Shown: positions 61,901 to 64,000 of the stretch, piece by piece
Layout of the letters: the number at the start of each line of letters is the position of its first letter
Numbering within the stretch: position 1 is the stretch's first letter
Virus record (IMG/VR): IMGVR_UViG_3300037471_000583
Coordinates: 396-64,395 of that record
Strand: one strand, 5' to 3'
Source: a virus
Lineage: Duplodnaviria > Caudoviricetes
Length of the DNA: 64,000 nt
Position numbers and translations under genes: made by a program
The notes under the pieces: generated by a model
Seen by the model: only the letters and a program-made list of their open reading frames with translations
Database searches by the model: none
What the model was told of the DNA's origin: nothing

Positions 61901-64000
61901 GTTCGGGGGGTCAGCTTCCAGGGCAAGAAGGGCGCATGGTCGGCCTATCAGAACCTCGGTTTTCAGCCTGGCGGCTATGCCAACAACATGCCGACCATCG
62001 CATGGCAGGCCAGCAATCCGATTGTTGCCAAGCCGAAGGGGATCTGGCTCCGGTGGGTGAAACCGACTGTCGGGTCGGACAGCAACCCGATCAAGCACGC
62101 CAAAGAGATTGTCATCTTCCGCGGCACGACCAATGTCACTGGGTCGATGACCGAAGTCGGCGCAGTCCCGGCAAATGCCCAAAGCTTCAAGGACGATGAC
62201 GACCTCGTTGCCAATACGGTCTATTACTACGCCCTGAAGGCGAGGGACCGAAACGAAAACGTCTCGACCGCCTTCTCAGCCGTTCAGTCGGTTGCGTGGC
62301 AATTGATCGTCGATGGCGATACTGACCAGACCGCACCAGGCACGCCTTCTGCACCGACGCTTTCGCAGTATACCGCGGACGTCGACGATGATGGTACCAT
62401 CGACACCGGTCTGACCATCGTCATGTCGCTGTCGGCCGGCGTCCCGGTGAAGTTCTTCGAAGCTGAAATCCAGCGTGCCACCAATTTGGCCGGTCCCTAT
62501 TCCACTTTCGGCAAGCGTCACCTGGTCAAGGCTGAGAGCTCGGGCGCCACGACCTTTGACTTCGAAGGCAGCGCGGCGAAGTTCTACAAGGCCCGCTATC
62601 GGGCGATCAGCTTCAATGGCAAGGAAGGCGCCTATTCGCCGCTGAATGCGACTGGCGTTCAGCCGCTCGAATACCTGTCGACGATCCCGACGCCGACGCT
62701 GACGGTCACCCCGAAAGCAAAGGGGATGGCGCTCAAGTGGACGAATTGGCAGAACAACACGATGTTGGAAGCCATTGTCTATCGTGACAGTGTCGAGGTC
62801 CAGCGCATCAAGGGCAATCGGTGGTTCGACGATGATGAGCTGAACATTGGTCAGAGCTACAGCTACACCGTCCAATGGCAGGACAAGCAGAACCGGGTTG
62901 GCGCACTGTCGTCTCCGAACGCGAAACCCTACCGCGCCAATCAGGCATCCGAACTCCCAGCCGGAGACCGGCTGAACATGATCTTCAACCCAGATTGCGA
63001 TGATTTGACAGTCTGGGGCACAAGCAGCGGCTTCACGCTGAACACGGCGGGTGTCTCCGTCAACCAATCGCGCAATGTGTTGTTCATCAACGCGAACGCA
63101 GCGCTGCTGGACATCTTCTCGCGCCCGCAGGATTTGCCCGTCGAGGGCGGCGTCAGCTACTTCGTATCCGCGATATTCGGTCCTAATAACGGGGTCTCCG
63201 CGACCTGCGATATGATCGTCAACTGGTACACGATGGATGCTGCGGGCGTCACCACGTTCCTCAGCAACAACTTCATCGGGACATTCACCGGGTCAACCTA
63301 CCAGAAGATCAAGACCAACGACCCGATCGTCGCGCCGGCAGCCGCACGCCGGGCAATCATCTACGTCAGGAAGAACTCCGGCCCGGCGGCCAGCCTTGTG
63401 TTCATGGCGCCTATCTTCCGCAAGGCAGTCGACAATGATTACCTCGCGCCGGGCTCCGTCTCTGAAGACAGGACGGATCAGACCGCGCCGTCTAATCCGA
63501 CGATCACGCTCAACACCCTCACGGCGGATATCGACGGAGACGGCACGATAGACGCGGGTCTCTCGCTCGCCCTTGTAAACCCGAATACGGGCGTCAGCAT
63601 CAAGCGCTATATCATCGAGGTCCATCGCGACAGCGCAGCCAGCCCTGGCGTGTATACCTTCTGGAAGCGGGACACGATCGAGGCGGAAGACGTCGCCGAC
63701 AGCCTGACCACGACTTACAACTTCAAAGCCAACAAGAACCGGTCGCATAAGTGCAAGGCGCGGTCTGTCGCGTTCGGGGGCAAAAAGGCTGCGGCGTTCA
63801 CAGCGCTCAGCAGCGCCCAGACCCCGACAACCGTCAGCGGCTATAATGGGAAGACGGCCGCATCGCCGTCGCTCTCTCCTGTCGCCAACGCCGTCAAGGT
63901 TACCTGGGCTCTCAACGACAATGGCGGCAATCCGCTCGATCTGACCATCTACAAAAAGACTGAAATCCTCGTCGGAGGCGCGACTGTCGGGACGACCCAT
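58961..64000 (+). CDS. Central tail / host-specificity protein (J-like), truncated by the window
   Basis: Begins MLKITKYW..AHAGPV; in frame at every point checked, including the window end. Contains IPEFKFVLKGIKLYDPRKDST and FN3-like repeats. Confidence 0.9.
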   Translation, partial: MLKITKYWRVALATATTLAFMAAPAHAGPVIGLLGTAITSIGAGASAASVAYGLLAGALSMGVNMLLAKILAPKEKNIGIKQKVESGGDNPLSFIVGEYATAGKLAYVNQGGNDLLNMLTLVISLSELPVSSFSTDIWINGELCTIDTSVQSPSPGDFDTDAPGPGFFRITEYDKRDKDDYEHQYCWVRLYDGTQTAADPYLLDTFGADPDKPWTEDMVGRGCAYAIVVCRYSKEGIWSGIPEFKFVLKGIKLYDPRKDSTAGGSGSQRWRDQSTWTFSENAKVWEFNAIRGIYYDGKWVWGGQSQKVPSLAPPNLDDPDAFRFPLSSWFAAMNHCDENVDLAGDAGTIKRYTVGAEITVDQQPIDIIKETDKSCNGFTYEFGGLFKTWAGPFGTSVFSFTDKNTIISEDQTDSLFRPLQETYNGARATYVKPKAGWVMKEAPPRIFDDLQAEDGGYQLIAEFELPMVTNGNQAQRIQRTVVLDSRREINHVLQLPPEAYILEPFDVITWASDRNEYDNKKFVVTSIEDLPNCNQALSFRELNSNDYDWDTEFELPDSVGTLTPVRPGALALDFTVSPDQVDRPGGGKDKPAIKVEWTWGLKDVDLKWVKYEVRRSIAQPKVIAHGTFFNTQDTERTITSSAFRFKQSFQVRLFAQPERPWRRSSWTGWKDVTLTDIDVPGQPTLTVTSDLADDGTQIRYLDVDWTAVAAEGTYQVRDAITGGKTRTYPAHENEYRIPVTSSTEHTVDVRFIAADGGTPGDWSLTRTITIPKKAANSTPPVSLTATTDKFGKIVLKLGRPTGMKDFKKFNIYVAPTNDFAGASLLDDCFGTRFSHNDLGNGVDRYYWTTTSDRTDNESSKYPVSNTAGVHGKTAFVVDGDTDATAPLAPTVSALTSISADIDGDGTLDTGVQFTITAPASGVACKFYEVDLQKAAAVGTSGSMTGYSQVRKKTVPTEDPAISADTLVQMKGVTSKFYKARVRGVSFQGKKGAWSAYQNLGFQPGGYANNMPTIAWQASNPIVAKPKGIWLRWVKPTVGSDSNPIKHAKEIVIFRGTTNVTGSMTEVGAVPANAQSFKDDDDLVANTVYYYALKARDRNENVSTAFSAVQSVAWQLIVDGDTDQTAPGTPSAPTLSQYTADVDDDGTIDTGLTIVMSLSAGVPVKFFEAEIQRATNLAGPYSTFGKRHLVKAESSGATTFDFEGSAAKFYKARYRAISFNGKEGAYSPLNATGVQPLEYLSTIPTPTLTVTPKAKGMALKWTNWQNNTMLEAIVYRDSVEVQRIKGNRWFDDDELNIGQSYSYTVQWQDKQNRVGALSSPNAKPYRANQASELPAGDRLNMIFNPDCDDLTVWGTSSGFTLNTAGVSVNQSRNVLFINANAALLDIFSRPQDLPVEGGVSYFVSAIFGPNNGVSATCDMIVNWYTMDAAGVTTFLSNNFIGTFTGSTYQKIKTNDPIVAPAAARRAIIYVRKNSGPAASLVFMAPIFRKAVDNDYLAPGSVSEDRTDQTAPSNPTITLNTLTADIDGDGTIDAGLSLALVNPNTGVSIKRYIIEVHRDSAASPGVYTFWKRDTIEAEDVADSLTTTYNFKANKNRSHKCKARSVAFGGKKAAAFTALSSAQTPTTVSGYNGKTAASPSLSPVANAVKVTWALNDNGGNPLDLTIYKKTEILVGGATVGTTH

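Noticed and set aside
1-64000. CRISPR array, IS/transposase, rRNA, att sites, lysis cassette
   Set aside because: None seen by eye. att and lysis genes probably lie outside the window.

Overview
The whole window is one temperate, lambda-like siphophage or prophage, probably from a Rhizobiaceae host. The host is inferred from GC-rich coding, alpha-proteobacterial GTTC-N7-GTTC LexA boxes and gene content. The window cuts the last codons of the integrase at the left and the central tail protein at the right; no lysis genes or att sites are visible. Gene order is: int/xis; a leftward early operon (four HNH genes, DUF1643, RecT plus DUF3799 exonuclease, two Lar-like genes); pL/OL; a 4.7-kb immunity-region cargo block (about 540-nt structured leader plus RNase H, LexA-box genes, a convergent DUF5131/TcmP pair, two secreted proteins); cI/OR/cro; a rightward operon (LexA-like DNA-binding protein, RuvC-like, ATP-grasp, two methyltransferases, DnaB, HAD nucleotidase, radical SAM); a degenerate tRNA(CAT) with structured RNA; an orphan BrnA; terminase; head; tail. 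The strongest novel candidate is the portal locus. The DUF1073 portal is fused in frame to an Acb1-like 2H phosphodiesterase. A +1 slip at ACC-TTT-CGA (40375-40383) would extend it with an FDPSKHPR motif and a PBECR-like ribonuclease domain, which is followed by a compact RNA hairpin rather than an immunity gene. The second candidate is the promoter/long leader/RNase H unit in a phage that has a helicase but no visible initiator. All family assignments are by eye from motifs; no searches were run.
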